Below are positions 1-12,900 of a stretch of DNA of 64,000 nt, piece by piece. Source of the DNA: Cyanophora paradoxa CCMP329. Taxonomy: Eukaryota > Plantae > Glaucophyta. The notes below the pieces were generated by a model, which ran no database searches, was not told where the DNA came from, and was given only the letters and a program-made list of their open reading frames with translations. Each line of letters starts with the position of its first letter. Position 1 is the stretch's first letter. The stretch is from positions 62,001 to 126,000 of the forward strand of contig QPMI01000233.1 in NCBI GenBank assembly GCA_004431415.1, in the 5' to 3' direction. The position numbers and the translations under genes are program-made.

Positions 1-1051
1 TGCTGTTTGCGTACCACGCAGGAGAAGTGCTGATTGTGGTGGTCTACAACCCGCGAGAGCTGGGATGGAGCTGTAAGCACTTCCTCGCATTCGCACTCCT
101 CAACTCCCGCACCCCCCTCCGGCCGTCGCTCCCGGCGCCGCCGCTGCCACGGCCACTAGACTGCTATTGGACGTGATGCCAGCCGCCATCGTCGCTCGGC
201 TGCGCGTCGCCCAAGCCCATTTCCCGCGCCCCGGCGGCCGCCGCCCGACAGCCCCACTCCCGCGCCCCGGCGCTGACGCGGCCGTTAGCTACTCGCCCTC
301 TAACGCATTCCCACTCGTCCCGCCGACGCGCGCGCCGGGATCAAATTGCTGACCTCAGCCCGCCCGCGGCAGCGCTCCTGCTTAGCTACGCGTACTGCGC
401 AACGATGGCGGTCGCGATGATCGAGTTCTGGATCGAGGCGTACTTCTTCCCTTGGATGAAAGGCGGCGCGTGGCTCTTCTGGGCCGGCCTCGCCGCGATG
501 GTTTCCGGCGACGTGCTCCGCAAGGCGGCGATGGTCACCGCGCAGCACAACTTCACGCACGCCATTGCGCACTACCGCGAGGAGCGGCACGTCCTCGTCA
601 CGTGGGGCGTCTACCGGTCCGCCGCCCGCCCGGCCCGCGCTCGCCGCGCGCTCCCGCGCTGGCGCACCCGACGCCCGCCGCCCTGCCCCCAGCTACATCC
701 GCCACCCTGGCTACCTCGGTTGGTTCGTGTGGAGCATATCGAGCCAGGTCTGTCTGTCTCTTTCCCGCCTCGAGCGTCGGCCCCGCCCGTCCTTCGCCTC
801 GCCCAACCGGTACCCCTCTTGGCCCGCCCCCAGATCCTCCTCGCGAACCCCGTCTGCCTCCCCTTCTTCGTCTGGGCGTCCTGGAAGTTCTTCGCAGAGC
901 GAATCCCGTACCCCTCCCCCCCTCCCCCCCCCCCCCCCCAACCTGAGACGGTACCCCCAGGTACGAGGAGCGGCTCCTCTCCCAATTTTTCGGCGACGAG
1001 TTCGAGGAGTACCGGGAGCGTACCCCCACCTGGATCCCCTTTATCGAGTAG
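1..1051 (+). CDS. ICMT: Protein-S-isoprenylcysteine O-methyltransferase (ICMT/Ste14), 5' end outside window, 5 exons visible
   Basis: Spliced translation gives LFAYHAGEV..YNPRELGWS|SLLLSYAY..IEFW..LRKAAMVTAQHNFTHAIAHYREERHVLVTWGVYR|YIRHPGYLGWFVWSISSQ|ILLANPVC..FFAERIP|YEERLLSQFFGDEFEEYRERTPTWIPFIE*. The YxxxRHPxY and RIxxEExxL motifs are ICMT hallmarks. GT-AG introns lie at 73-372, ~617-692, ~748-833 and ~908-960; stop TAG at 1049-1051. Confidence 0.93.
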
Positions 1052-1131
1052 GGCGTACTCTGTCTCTTTCCTGCCTACATACGCACTGTACCATTGTACC
1101 GTTTTTCTTCATACCCCGAACTAGAGCGCGG

Positions 1132-4100
1132 CTAGTACTGCCGGGAGTGGGTGATGATGTTGAAGCGGCGGGGCTTGGGCGGGTTGGCGCCGGCGGCCGG
1201 CACGAAGCCGCGATGCGGTGAGGCCCCCCGCTGGTGCTGATCCTCCTGCGGCTGGCCGCCCCGCGCGCCCGCCGCTCGGACCTCCTCGTACGCCCTCCGG
1301 TAGTGCGCCACGTCCTTCGCGATGCCGTCGACGCCGACCATCGGGCCCCGCTCGACCGGCTCGGCCGCTGGGCGCGGGCGGGCGCGGCCGCCCGCCCGCT
1401 GGGGCACTGGCTCCGGGTCCTCGTCGACCGCGAAGGGCGGCGTGGGGGCCCCGCGGGACGCCCCCGCTGCCCCGCGGGCGCCGGGCTCGGGCGCCGGCCG
1501 GCTGCCGCCCGGGGCGCTGGGGCCGGTTCCGCGGCCGGCTGCGCCCTGGGCGGGGGCGGCGCCTCCCGCTCGTACTCGTCTTCGTACTCGTCTGAGTGAG
1601 TGACAGGAGTCAGCTGAGCCGGGTGACGCCACGCCGCGAGAGATGGGCCGCGGGCTCACCGGCGCGCCCCGCGCGGCGCGGCGCGGGCTGCGGCGGCGGG
1701 GGCGCCGCGGCGGCCCCCGCTCGGCGCTGCTCCCGCTTCTCCTGCCACCGCCGCTCCCGCTCGTTCGCGGGCGCTGCAGGCGGGAGGGACGCTGTCGGCC
1801 GAGGGCAGGCCCGAGCGTTCCGCGAAGCGAAAGCGCGCGTACCCGGGGCAGGCTCGTCGTACCCCCTGTCGTCCTCCTCGTACCCGTACCCGTCCCCGTG
1901 CGCGGGCTCGCGCTGCCGCTCCGCCGCCGCCGGCGCGCGTGCGTCGCGCTCGTCCCGTCCGCGGCCACCACGCGGCTCCTCGCGGTAGCCTCCATCGTAC
2001 CCCCCGCGCTCTGCGGCGGTGTGAGCGGGGCCCGCGGGTCGAGGCTCAAGAGAGGCGAGGGGGACGCACCCTGCGGGGCCGGCTCGAGCGGGGGCCTACC
2101 CGCCTTAACAACGCGTACCCGGGAGGGCTCCGGGGGCGCGTCCCACGCCCGCCGGACCAGCGGCGCCGCCGGCTCCGGCGGAGTCTCGACGTGCCGCCGC
2201 CTGTGTACCCCGGCCGCCGGGGGTTCGTCCCAGAACCCGCCGCCCCGCCCGTGGCCCCGGGGCGGAGAGGGCGCCCCGGCCCTCTCGCCTCCGCCGCCCC
2301 CGTCCTCATTGTCGTCGTAGTACTCGTCGTCCTGGGGCGGAGGCGGCGGCGGCGCCCGCGCCGCCCCTCGATCCCGCTCCCGGTCCCGCTCGCGTTCGCG
2401 CGGCGCTTCCGCCGCCGGCGCCGCTCGCCTCGCGCCGGCAGCTCTGTCCTCCATCGACCTCCGCGGGGGCTCCTCGGCGGCGACCGCGGGCCCGCCGCGC
2501 AGGGGCACGGCCCGCACGCGCCCGCGCTCGGCCCCCGCCGCGGCCGGCGAGCGCTCGGCCGCCCGCCCGTTGCGCCCGCGGCGGGCGTCTCGCAGCCACG
2601 CAACGAAGTCCCCGACGGCGGGGCGCCGGTTCGGCTCCGCCTGGAGCAGCATATCCTGAGCGGGGGGGGGGGGGGGGTGCCCGATCAAGCCCTTTCCGCG
2701 CCCGGCTGGGGGTGCGGAACTCACGACGGCGTCCTGCATGATGGTTGAGTAACTGTTGGGGAGGGGCCGGTAGGCTCCCGCCCGGATCTGACAGAGGATC
2801 AGCGGGGTACGAATCGCTAGCGGACTCGTAAGTAAAGAGGGGTACCTTGTTCACGAGGTCGCCGAGAGCGGGTGCCTGGAAGGGGGTCTCCAGCGCCGCG
2901 AGCTGAGAGGCGATTGGTCGGCGGCGGTCCGAACGGGTGCACGAATCGCGCGAAGGGGGGTACCTCGTACAGGATCACGCCAAGGGACCAGACGTCCACT
3001 GCGGGGAGTACGGCTCGGATAACGGGGTCGGGGCCGGGGCCGGGAGGGGGTACGGGTACCTTTCTCGTTGTACGGCTTGTTATCCACCTGCTCTGGCGAC
3101 AGGTACAAAGGCGTGCCTGCGGAGGGGGTACGCATTCAGAGGCGAGCGGTGGTACCCACGAAGGAGCCAAGGGGTGGGGGGTACCGTAGAAGGACGTGAC
3201 GAGCTGAGCATCGCGCTCCTTCTCGCGGCCGACTCCAAAGTCGCCCACCTGCCGGGGGTACGCGGAGCGAGTCGGGAAGGGGTACGCGCGCGTTCTTCCC
3301 GGAAGGGTACGGCACCTTCACGACGCCGTCGGCGGTCAGGAAGACGTTGAGGGACTTCTGCTCCCGGGGGCGAAGCGCGTGAGGGGTACGGGATCGGCGG
3401 CTGGGGAAGGGCGGGGGGCCACGAACCAGGTCGCGGTGGATGATGCGCTTCGAGTGGATGTACTCGACCTGCAGGGGGGTACGGCATCGAACGGGGGCGC
3501 GGGTGGGGAAGCCGCGGAGGGCGCGGCGGCGCACGGCGTTGCAGATCTGAAGGAAGATGCCCCAGATCTCGTCTTCCGACAGCGGCTCTCGGCGCGCCCG
3601 CCGCCTCTGCGGCGCGTCAGCGGCGTGCGCGGGAGGCGGCGCGGCCGGCGCGGCGCGCCTGCAGCAGCGCGTGGAGGTCGCCTCTCTCGCAGTACTCCAG
3701 GACTGCGGGGGCGGCCGGGCCGGCTCGGTGAGCAGAGCGCCGGGGCGTAAGGACGCGCGCGGGAGCGTCTCGCCTATGTAGAGGGAGCCTGCGCCGGGCC
3801 GGGGAGCGCCCAAGTGGGATCCCCACGAGGACCGGTCGAAAAAGTAACCCGTGAAGCTGCGGAATCGCCCTCAGCGACCTCAGAGCGCGGTGCGTGGCTA
3901 AAAAAGGCTACCGAACGATGTTGGGATGGTCTGCGGGCGGGAGCGGCGCGTCAGGGGCCAGGGCGGGGCTGCGAGCCGTTGGAAAGCGCACCGAGCTGCG
4001 AGAGGAGGTTGACTGCGGGGGAAGAGATCAGCGCCGGAGCAACGTGCACAGCCTCTAGCTAACGGCGGCGATGGAGCGGGGTGCGCCGCACCCTCGTGCA

Positions 4101-4370
4101 GGATGTCCTTGTGCTTGCCCAGCTCGGACGCATTCCGCTGCGGCGCATCGGACGCAGCGGGGCGGCGCCGAGAGAGCGAGCGGTGGCACCTGCTTGAGCA
4201 CGACCAGCTTGCCCGTCCGGACGGCCTTGGCACGGTAGACGATGCCCGCGCGGCTGCGAAAGATTTCCTGCGCCCGCGCGTCAACCTGGAGCGCGGCTGA
4301 AGCGTTCACGGCGCACCTGCTGGATGATGAAGTCCTCCGCCGACAGATGCGAAGGCCCTAGCTGCGCCAT
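1132..4370 (-). CDS. NEK/NIMA-like Ser/Thr protein kinase with long low-complexity C-terminal tail (multi-exon)
   Basis: Exons give MAQLGPSHLSAEDFIIQQ.., VYRAKAVRTGKLVVLKQ, SLYI|VLEYCERGDLHALLQ, EPLSEDEIWGIFLQICNA, VEYIHSKRIIHRDL|KSLNVFLTADGVVK|VGDFGVGR, YG|TPLYLSPEQVDNKPYNEK|VDVWSLGVILYE, MLLQAEPNRRP. The last exon ends ..RRFNIITHSRQY* at TAG 1132-1134. Confidence 0.9.
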
Positions 4371-4488
4371 GCTCGGCGGCAGTTTGGACAGGAAGCTGAT
4401 TGTACCCCTGCTGCCACCCATCCCCCCAAGAAAACGCAGGGTATTAGGACGACAATTGGGATCGCGCGACCTGCCCGGGGCCGTCCCG
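4371..4488. promoter_or_regulatory. Probable compact bidirectional promoter/5'UTR region between NEK (-) and F-box (+) genes
   Basis: Divergent ATGs at 4370 (-) and 4489 (+) are separated by only 118 nt of lower-GC sequence. Confidence 0.5.
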
Positions 4489-6580
4489 ATGGAGCGCCCT
4501 GCCACCGCGGTCGAGGGCCTCGCTGCGGGGACGACCAACGGCAACCCGTCGGATGGCAACCGCCCCACCAAGCGCCAGCGCGTGTGCGAGCAGCAGGATC
4601 TCGAGCCGATCGAGCAATCGCCGCTCTTGGCGTTGCCCGACGCGTTGTTCCAGCTGGTGTTCGAGGTGCTGGGCCCAGCCGCGGCGTGGCCTCTGCGCGC
4701 TGTCAGCAGGCGTTTTCGCTGGATCATCAGCGAGCAGCGGTGGAAGGCGCTCGAAATTTCCGTATCGCAGCGCAATGGCAAGGTACACTATCAGGACTCC
4801 TTGCTCCGCCTCGTCGTCGCGCGGGCTTTCAAGCTTGACCGGGGCTGCGCGCTCCGAATCACGATCAATGCGTGCGCGTCGCGCCTCTCTATTGTAATCG
4901 GCCACACACCCCGATCCCAGCGCTGAGCGGCGCCCCCCGGCCCGGCAGGCACGGCGCTCGGCGGATGGCTCGGCTCCCGGATTCGGCCTCGGCCGGCCCC
5001 GGCGACCGCGCCGGGGGGCTTCCGCGCATACCCGGCGTGACCCTGGAGTGCACGGGCTTGATAGAGACCGCGTTCGTGGTCCGCGTCTGCAACGAGGCGA
5101 GCGGCGGCCTCGGGTCCGTCTCGGTGTCCGGCCCCTGCATGTGCACCTTCCTCTCCGGAACTAGCGCCGTCTTCCTCACGTACGCGGCCCTCTTCCCGTG
5201 GTTCCCCAAAGAGCACAGCAGCGTCGACGGTGACGGCGGCGGCGACGGCGGCGGCGACGGCGACGGCGGCGCCGAAGCGGCGGGGGCGGGCGAGGCGCGG
5301 GCGCCGAACGCCCTGGAGTCCGTCGAGGTCCTGTCCGGGCACGAGCGGCCGCGCGACGGCTGCCCCCCGCCGCCCAGCCTCTGGCTTCAGATCCCCTCCT
5401 GGGAGGCCCTCGCCGAGCACTTCCGGTGGCCCGCCATCTTCCCCCACTTCCCCAGCCTTCGGCGCCTCCGCCTACCCCCCGGCTTCGTCATGAGACCCCA
5501 GTCCGCCCCCGCCTTCGCCGCCCAGTTCCCCCGCCTCCAGTCGGTGCGGAAGGACGCCTCTCGTCCTGCTGATCGCCTGATCGATATCGATCGCTGATCG
5601 CCCCCCCGCGCAGGCTTCTCTGACGTTCGCGCCCTGGGTTCCGGTGCTCTTGCGGGCCTTGCCGGCGCTGGAGGAACTCTCCCTCATGGCGGGCCCGCGG
5701 GGCCTGTCCATCTACGACGCCCTCGAGGTCTCCAAGACCCTCGAGGGCATCGCCGAGTGCTTCCGTACCCCCTCTGCCCTCAAGATCATCGACGTCCACA
5801 TCGGTGCGGTACCCCCCCCCCTTCCACGGGCCCCTCTCCGCCCCGGCGCCTCACCCCCCGTCCCAGCGCTCCACGACGAGCCGGAGGACAACGATCAGGT
5901 TCGAGTCCCCAGGGCGCCGCTTTCCGCTTCCTCTCGGGACTCGAGCTCTGAGCGTGCGCCCAGGTCGAGATGGAACTGGCCGGCCTTGCGAGCGTCCTGC
6001 GGGCGGCGGGGACCCGCCTGCGGCGCGTGGATTTGAAGCTTGGCGACTCGCGCCCGCTCTCGCCGGCCCTCGCCGCCACCCTGGGCGCCCTGGCGGACGT
6101 CCCGCAGCTCCTCTCCGTCCGACTCGTGTGCTGCGCCGAGTGGTGCGCCTGGGTCCGGCGCCGGGGCCCCCCTCAGCTCCGCCCCCTCCCCCCGCGGACC
6201 TGCTAAGCTTCGCTCCTGCTAGGGAGCGAGAGCTAAGGACCTTCAGCGCCCTGGCGCCCCTGGGCGAGCGCCTCAGCCTGGAGGTCACGGTCCCTTGGGA
6301 CGACGACGAGGACGAAGCCGACGTCGGGGGGGACGACGCGGGCGTCGATAGCGGCCTTGCGTGCTCCGTGTCCGTCGCCGAGGCGCGGCTGGGGCGGGCC
6401 CTGCGCACGCACGGGGCCCACCTCACCGTCCGGGCGGAGCCGGACGCCACCGAGGACGAGTGCGAGGGGCTGGGGTACGAGCCCTTCTCCGCCACCCCGT
6501 ACGGGTACGCGTACAGCGGAGCCTTCTTGGGCCCTGAGCCCCCGGGGGCGGGGACGGAGCTTGAGGCGCCCCCTGCGTAG
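4489..6580 (+). CDS. F-box protein with degenerate LRR-like C-terminal region (multi-exon)
   Basis: SPLLALPDALFQLVFEVLGPAAAWPLRAVSRRFRWII matches the F-box consensus. Later FPSLRRLRL, FPRLQS, LPALEELSL and RLRRVDL are LRR-like. Stop TAG at 6578-6580. Confidence 0.8.
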
Positions 6581-7201
6581 TCTAGAGTAGCAGCCAGCCC
6601 TGCGCGTCTGCAGCTGGGAATGCTGTGAATGCATATGCCTCCTCGTCTCTCGACTCAGAGTCTCGAGTAGTCCCTGCCAGCCCGGCGCGCGGCCGGCCGC
6701 GGGCGCCCGACAGCCGCCCGGCGGCCGCCGCTGAGCAGCTGGACGGACGGCACTAGGATTGCAGCGCTTCCCCCCGGCCCCGCTGAGAGCTCCCGAGCCT
6801 GCTCCCGGCTGCCGCGCATGCGCAGCTGCAAGCCTGCAACCTGCAGGCTGCAACACCGGCTGCGCATGCACCGTGGCACGGCCGCCCGCCCGGCGCGGCG
6901 CCGGCGGCCGCGCTCGGCCGCCGGGCGGCGGGCCGCCGGCGGGCGCCGGGCGCTCGCCGCGCGCCCATGCGCGCACACCGTGACGTCATGTGTGACGCGA
7001 CGCTCCGCGCCGGTTCACCCAAACCGTCAAGTCGGCGTCAACATGATCTTGGGGAAGGGGGGGGGGGGAGGAAGGCGAATATTGACCCCCGCCAACACGC
7101 TTGTCCTGACAAGTGTCCTCGACCCAGCAACCCCACGCATAGCAGCCGGAGAACCCGGAGAAACCCAGCAGAGCGCGTTGCTTCACCTACACAGCATTCC
7201 T

Positions 7202-8887
7202 ATGTCGTCCCTAGCCTTCTTAGCCACGCCGCTGCCCGCGGGTCTCCGGGGCACGCAACTTTTGACATCTGCAGCCGCTCAAACGTCTCTTAGCCACCGG
7301 CAACCGCGTGCCTCGCGGGATCATTCCTTAGTGTCCAGCAAGAGCTCTCTGCAGCGGACGTGCAGCCGGAGCTTCTTCTGCGGGCTCCAGCCTTGCTCCC
7401 TTCAAAGACGAGCCCCGAGGACTTTCAGCGTCGCATTCCCGTCCCAGGCGCAGCTTGCCGTCGCTTCCAACCCCGCCGCGGCACCTCAGCAGCCGTCCAG
7501 CCCTGTCCTCGACCTGGTGCGCACAGAATCTGGTCCTCGGTTAGATGGCGACTTCAAATGCGTGCTGACGCGAGCTGCGCAGGTCCGCAGCAAGGGTGCT
7601 CTGGGGTGGATTCTCGCGGGTGCCTGCATCGGCCTCGTTGCGGGTAAGCCACGGAAACCGCATTCCCCGCGTGCCTCGGGTTGGGGATCACGCGGATCAA
7701 ATTCCCTAACCGCGCTCACCACGGCAGGCATCGGCGGTGCGCTCATTGGCCTTGGCGGCGCATTCCTGATTATTCCTCTAGTGACGGGCCTGCTGAAGGT
7801 GCGCTCGGATGGCGCGATCGCTGCCGTCGTGTCCTGATCGCGTGCCCCGCAGTTCGACCAGCATGAGGCCTGCGGCACCGCGCTGCTGGCTGTCGTGGCT
7901 ACCGCGACGATGGGTGGCTGGACGTATTTCTCGAAGGGTCCGCGCGCCGGCCTCGGAGCGCGCGCTCTGCGCGGCTCCGCTAACCGCGCGCCGCGCGCAG
8001 GGGCCGTCATTCCCATGTACAGCGCGCTCCTCACGATCTCGGCGCTCCTCACGGCGCGCTTCGGAGCGATCGTCGCAAGCCGCATGGACGGCGGGTTCCT
8101 GCGGAGGGCCCTCGGCTGCTGGTGGATGCTGGCGGCCGTGCGCATCGGCTCGAAGGCGATAGGCTTCTCCGCCCGCGCCGCCGCCTCCGCTGGCTCGGTC
8201 AGCCCGCTCGCCCGCGCCACTTTCGGTGCGTCCCCCGCGCCCGCTCGGCCCCCGCGGCCTGCGGCCGAGATTTGATCCGGCGCAGCGACGGCGGGCATGC
8301 TGCTGCGCGAGTGCTGGCAGACGGCGGCAGCGCTGCTGGCCACGGGCGGCGTGGCGGGCTTCCTGGCGGGCCTGCTCGGCATCGGCGGCTCGACCGTGAC
8401 CATCCCCGTGCTGGTCTCCTGCGGGCTCCTTCAGCAGGCGGCGCAGGGCACGGCTCTCGTCGCGATGGTGGTTCCCGCCCTGGTAGGGGCCGCCACCCAC
8501 TTCCAGAGCGGGCACGTCCGCACGGACATCGCGCCGGGCCTCCTCCTCGGCGTCCTCGCCGGCGCCAAGATCGGCGGCACGATCGCGTGCGCGCTTCCCG
8601 AGCGCATCGTCAAGCTGCTCTTCTGCTCCATGCTCTTCTACATCGGCTCGAACATGGCCGGCGTCCGCAAGTTCGGCCGCTTCGTCCTCCGCCGCCTCGG
8701 CTTCCGCCTCGAGAAGACGAAGGCCCCGGCGGAGGCGCCGGCCGCCGCCGCCGCGGCGCCCTCCGAGTCCGAGGAGGACGTCACGCCCATCGACCTGAGC
8801 CTGGACCTGAGCATGGAGCACGCGGAGGTCGAGGTCGCGCCGGTCCTCTCCGTCGACCCCGTCCCGAGCACGTCGCCCCGCCGCTGA
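7202..8887 (+). CDS. TauE/SafE (TSUP, DUF81) family membrane transporter with putative plastid transit peptide
   Basis: Two homologous halves: GACIGLVAG..IGLGGAFLIIPL..QHEACGTALLAV and GGVAGFLAGLLGIGGSTVTIPVL..QQAAQGTALVAMV. The N-terminus MSSLAFLATP.. is Ser/Arg/Ala-rich and nearly acid-free for ~95 aa. TGA at 8885-8887. Confidence 0.85.
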
Positions 8888-9917
8888 GCTACGCTGCGGC
8901 CGCGGCTTAAAACACCTACCCGTCACTCGTCGTTATTGTTCTATTTTGCTTTTCGCTCTGCATTCGCGCATTTCATCAGAGCAGGTGCTCTTCGATCATT
9001 TCATTAGTTCATAGCCAGCAGACGCACGTTTCTTGTATGATACCCCTTGGCATGTTGACTAGACGACGCAGATAGTTTGGCCCGTGTCCTTCTGCTCGTA
9101 GCAGTGGCTGCGGCCCTGTATACGTAGACCGATCCACCCCACCAGCGCTAGCCGGGCGCAGTCCTGCCCCGCTTCCTTGTATTGCACTTCTATCCCTGTG
9201 CTTGCGTGGTCGTGCAGTTGAGCTCTCCGTGCCCTACCTCGGTTAGGATTAGCATGCTCCGCGTAGAGCGTGCATGTCCGCAGATGACACTCTTGAGATC
9301 GTCGTCCCATTAGGGGTTGCAATTGAAGCAGCGAAGGTGTAGCGTAGCGTTCGTCAGAGTGTTCAGAGACGGTCCCGGTTGTACAGTCGGATTCGGCAGT
9401 CTGTAGTCCTATCTTTCCACACGCATTTTCTGTATGAACCACGTAGATTTCAAGATTCTCACTTCGTAGAAGTCGAGCAGGCCGTTTCTCATCGATGTTC
9501 TAGCCCTTCCGATGATGATCTTTAGCTCTCATGATCAGACACTGGCAGTGCATCGCTCCTTTGAATGCAATTCTGATCATGCCTGATAGCGGGCGGCCCG
9601 GGCCTGCAGCTGCATTTGATCTGCATTGCCTTTTTTTTCTTCGGTGAATTTGATCTCCAATCTGTCGGAGGCGCGGCCCGCGTCAGCTCAGCTGTGGCTC
9701 ACGGCTGTGAGCGAACGTGAGAAGGATCTCGCGATCGCTTCCAACAGCGATCGAATCGAATTCGAAGGCCTAGGCGCAGATTTACTAAGTTAGATCGGCT
9801 GCTTCGCAGCACGACGCGTACACGTTTCGAATTCCGAACTCGGCCTTCGAGCTTCAGCCGAGCAGAGGCGAGAAGACGCTCCGCTGACACGCAGAACCGC
9901 GTGGGAGCGTATTTGCG

Positions 9918-12900
9918 ATGGGGGCGTGCGCTGGAAAGGACCTCGTCGGGGGCAGCACCGTAGCGGCCGCGGCTGGCGAACCCGGACCACTACGAAGATC
10001 GTCCGAGCACGACGCCGACTCGCACGACGTCGGCGGCATCTCTGGGGGCGTGCAGCTCAACTCCGGTCGCTGGCGGGCGCCCGAAGCGAAGGGCCCCATG
10101 CACGGCCCGCCGCAGCAAGCGGGGACGCTCCCAGCTGTGAGCGTGCATCCTCGGGAAGTACAACTCAAGGAGAGCCGGCAGGTCGTGTCGCCGGCGGCCG
10201 CCGGGTCGCCCACGGCTTCGACCGCCGGTTCCTCCGCTGCCCCGGCCGCAGCGGAAGCGCTACGGGCACTCGTGGACAAGCAGCTCGAGGATCGATGGAA
10301 CTCGATCCGCACAGCGCGTGCCAAGGGCGCCTGGATCCACCTCCGCGTCTTCCTTAGGTCCGCGCTCGCCGCCGCCGCCGCCGCCGCCGCGGCGCTTCTC
10401 TTGCCGTCCTGGCGCTGACGCGCCTGCTCTCTCACAGCTCCACATTCAAGGCGCGAGCTCGAGGCTGATGCTCGCAGCGGAGCGCCCGCAGACAGCTCAC
10501 GACGCGCGCGCCGCAGGATTTCGCGGGAGAGCGCGACCAGCTGACGCGTGTCGTGTGCGCGAGCGTCCGTATCGACGCTGCGGCGCAGTTTGATCGCTGA
10601 CTCTCGACTGTAGGTTTCCCGCACTCAACGAGTCGCTCCGCCCTCGGCGCATCTCCCTCGTCCCGGTCGACCTGTGCGTCCCCCGTGCCGCCCGCGCAGC
10701 CCGCCTCGCGGCCGCTCGCCCGACGCCCATCCGCAGGCGCTGGGGCCTCACTGAGGAGGCCACGACCAGCGGGCCCGGCGCCCTTCACCTCTGCCTCGAG
10801 GAGGTGCGCTTTCGCCGTACCCCCCCTCTACATCCCTTGTCCGCTCACGTACCCCCCTCCCCGGTCACCCACACCACCCCGCTGCTTAGGTTGAACGGTG
10901 CCGGCCGTACGTTTTGGCGCTGCTGGGAGACCGCTTCGGGTGGGTACCGGACGCGTACCGCGTCGACACGGGTACGGCCCCGCAGCTCGCGTGGGTCTCA
11001 AGCTGGCCCCGCGGCCACTCCATCACGTCGCTGGTACCCCCCACATTCAGCTTCGCGTACCCCCTCCCCCGTCGCGGTCTGACGCGTACCCCCAGGAGCT
11101 CGAGTACGGCGTTATGGCGTCGCGGAGCCCACTGCTGCGTGCCTTCGCTTTCCTTCGGGAACTGACGGGCGGCGCGCCGCCGGAGAACTTCTCAGCCGAG
11201 TCACCTGAGGCCGCCCGCCGCATGGCCGACCTCCGCGCCCGCGTCGCCGCATCCCCGGTACCCCCCTCCTCGGCTCCCTGTACCCCCCTCCCGCGCCCCG
11301 GGGTCGAGCGGCGGCGGCGGCGCAGGGCTGCCGCGCGGTGCGCTACGAGATCAAGGCCACTTCCTCCCGCTGGAGCCTCTTCGATTCGGGGCCGGCGCTG
11401 AAGGGTCCGCGAGCTCCCTCGTCGATGTACCCCCTCCGTTTTCGACGTACCCCCGCAGGGCTCGACGAGTTCGCGAGCGCGGCGCTGTCGCTCCTTAGGG
11501 AGAGCCTGGACGCAGACTTCCCCCCGGTCGGCTTTCGGCTTTTCGCGTACCCTCTAGCTAATAATGCCGTACCCCCTTCCTCCCTGACCGACCGACCCGC
11601 GCCGGCCGGCAGCCCGCCCGCGCGCTCACGCGGACGCTGTCTGCCGACGGGAAGGCTGATGTGGAAGAGGAGGCGGGGGCCGACGACCCCGCCGCCTCCG
11701 AGTCCGCCGTGCAGGTTCGAATCCGTCCCGGAGGATATCTTTCTTGCGCCGTCAGAGAGAAGCTAAGAGAGCCGCGCAGGAGCTGTTCCTCGACGAAGTC
11801 ATCGAGGCGGCCGCGGCGGCGGCGGAGGCGGGCGGTGCGGGCGGGCCTACCCCTCCGCCCTCGCGCGAAGGCGCCCGCCCCCGGCTCGCCATCCCCGGCC
11901 GCGAGGCGCTCCTGCAGGCCCGCCGCGTACCCCTCGCCCCCCCGGGCCCCCGGTCCTGATTCCCTGTACCGGTACCCCCCGCAGTCTCTGCACGACCACG
12001 CGGCGGCGCGGGACGAGCAGAACGTCCTCCTCGTCTCCGCCGAACCGGTGCGGCGTGACTCACGCCCTTCCTTCCTTCGTTCGCTTGTGCCTGGGCCCGA
12101 GCCCGATGCCTTCGTTCGCGTGCAGGGCCAGGGCAAGACCACCCTGCTCGCCTTCCTTGTGCGGGAGGAGCGGGCCGCGCGGGGCGGCGCCGGCCCCGCC
12201 GGCCCCGGTGGCCCCGCCCCCGCCGTCTTCGCGCACTTCTGCGGCGCCTCCGTCGCCGCCGCCTCGCCGCCGCTTCTGCTCCGCCGGGCCGTGCGCGAGC
12301 TCTCTGCGGCCGCGGGGCGCCCGGAGGCGGAGGCCGCCGGCGCCTCTGCCCTCGACCCGGGGCGGACCTGGGAACTCTCTCGGCGGCGCTGCACGCGGCG
12401 GCGGAGGCGGCGGCGGCGGCGAAGGGCGGCGCGCTGCTCGTCATCGACGACGTGGGCGCCCTCGCCGGCGACTCCGCCGCCCGCCCCTCGACTGGCGCGC
12501 TCGACCCCGCCCCGTCCCCGCCCCCATCCCCCCCGCCCTCTGAAAGCTTCTTCTAGCTTAGCATCAGATAACGCCCCCGCCCCCGCCCTCGCAAGGCTTC
12601 ACAACGCCTTCCTAAAAGCTCTGCCGCTCCGCCTCAGGCTGACGGCGATGCCCCGACGGTGCGGGTCGTCCTGAGTGCGATCGCGCCGAAGGAGGGCCGC
12701 TCCGGCCGCGAGGAGCTCGGTCCGCACCCCCCCCTCTCTTCCCCCCCTCCTCTCTTCCCCCCTCCTCTCTTCCCGTCCACCAACCGCCCTCCTCCCTCTC
12801 GTCCCTCTCCTCCTCCTCCCCCATAGCCCTCGCAGCCTCTTCTCACTTCACTTTTCGCCGCAGTGGACCGCGCGGTGCGTCTCCGCTTCCGGGAGCGCCT

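Noticed and set aside
288-317. Possible extra mini-exon within ICMT intron 73-372
   Set aside because: Direct splicing of 72 to 373 already gives an in-frame, homologous sequence, and the mini-exon does not preserve phase.
6980-6990. TGACGTCA (CRE/bZIP-like site) upstream of TauE
   Set aside because: Palindromes are ubiquitous here, so a single match is uninformative.
9059-9500. Minus-strand lower-GC ORF between TauE and NACHT genes
   Set aside because: No recognisable motif and no convincing start or exon chain; it may be a decayed fragment.
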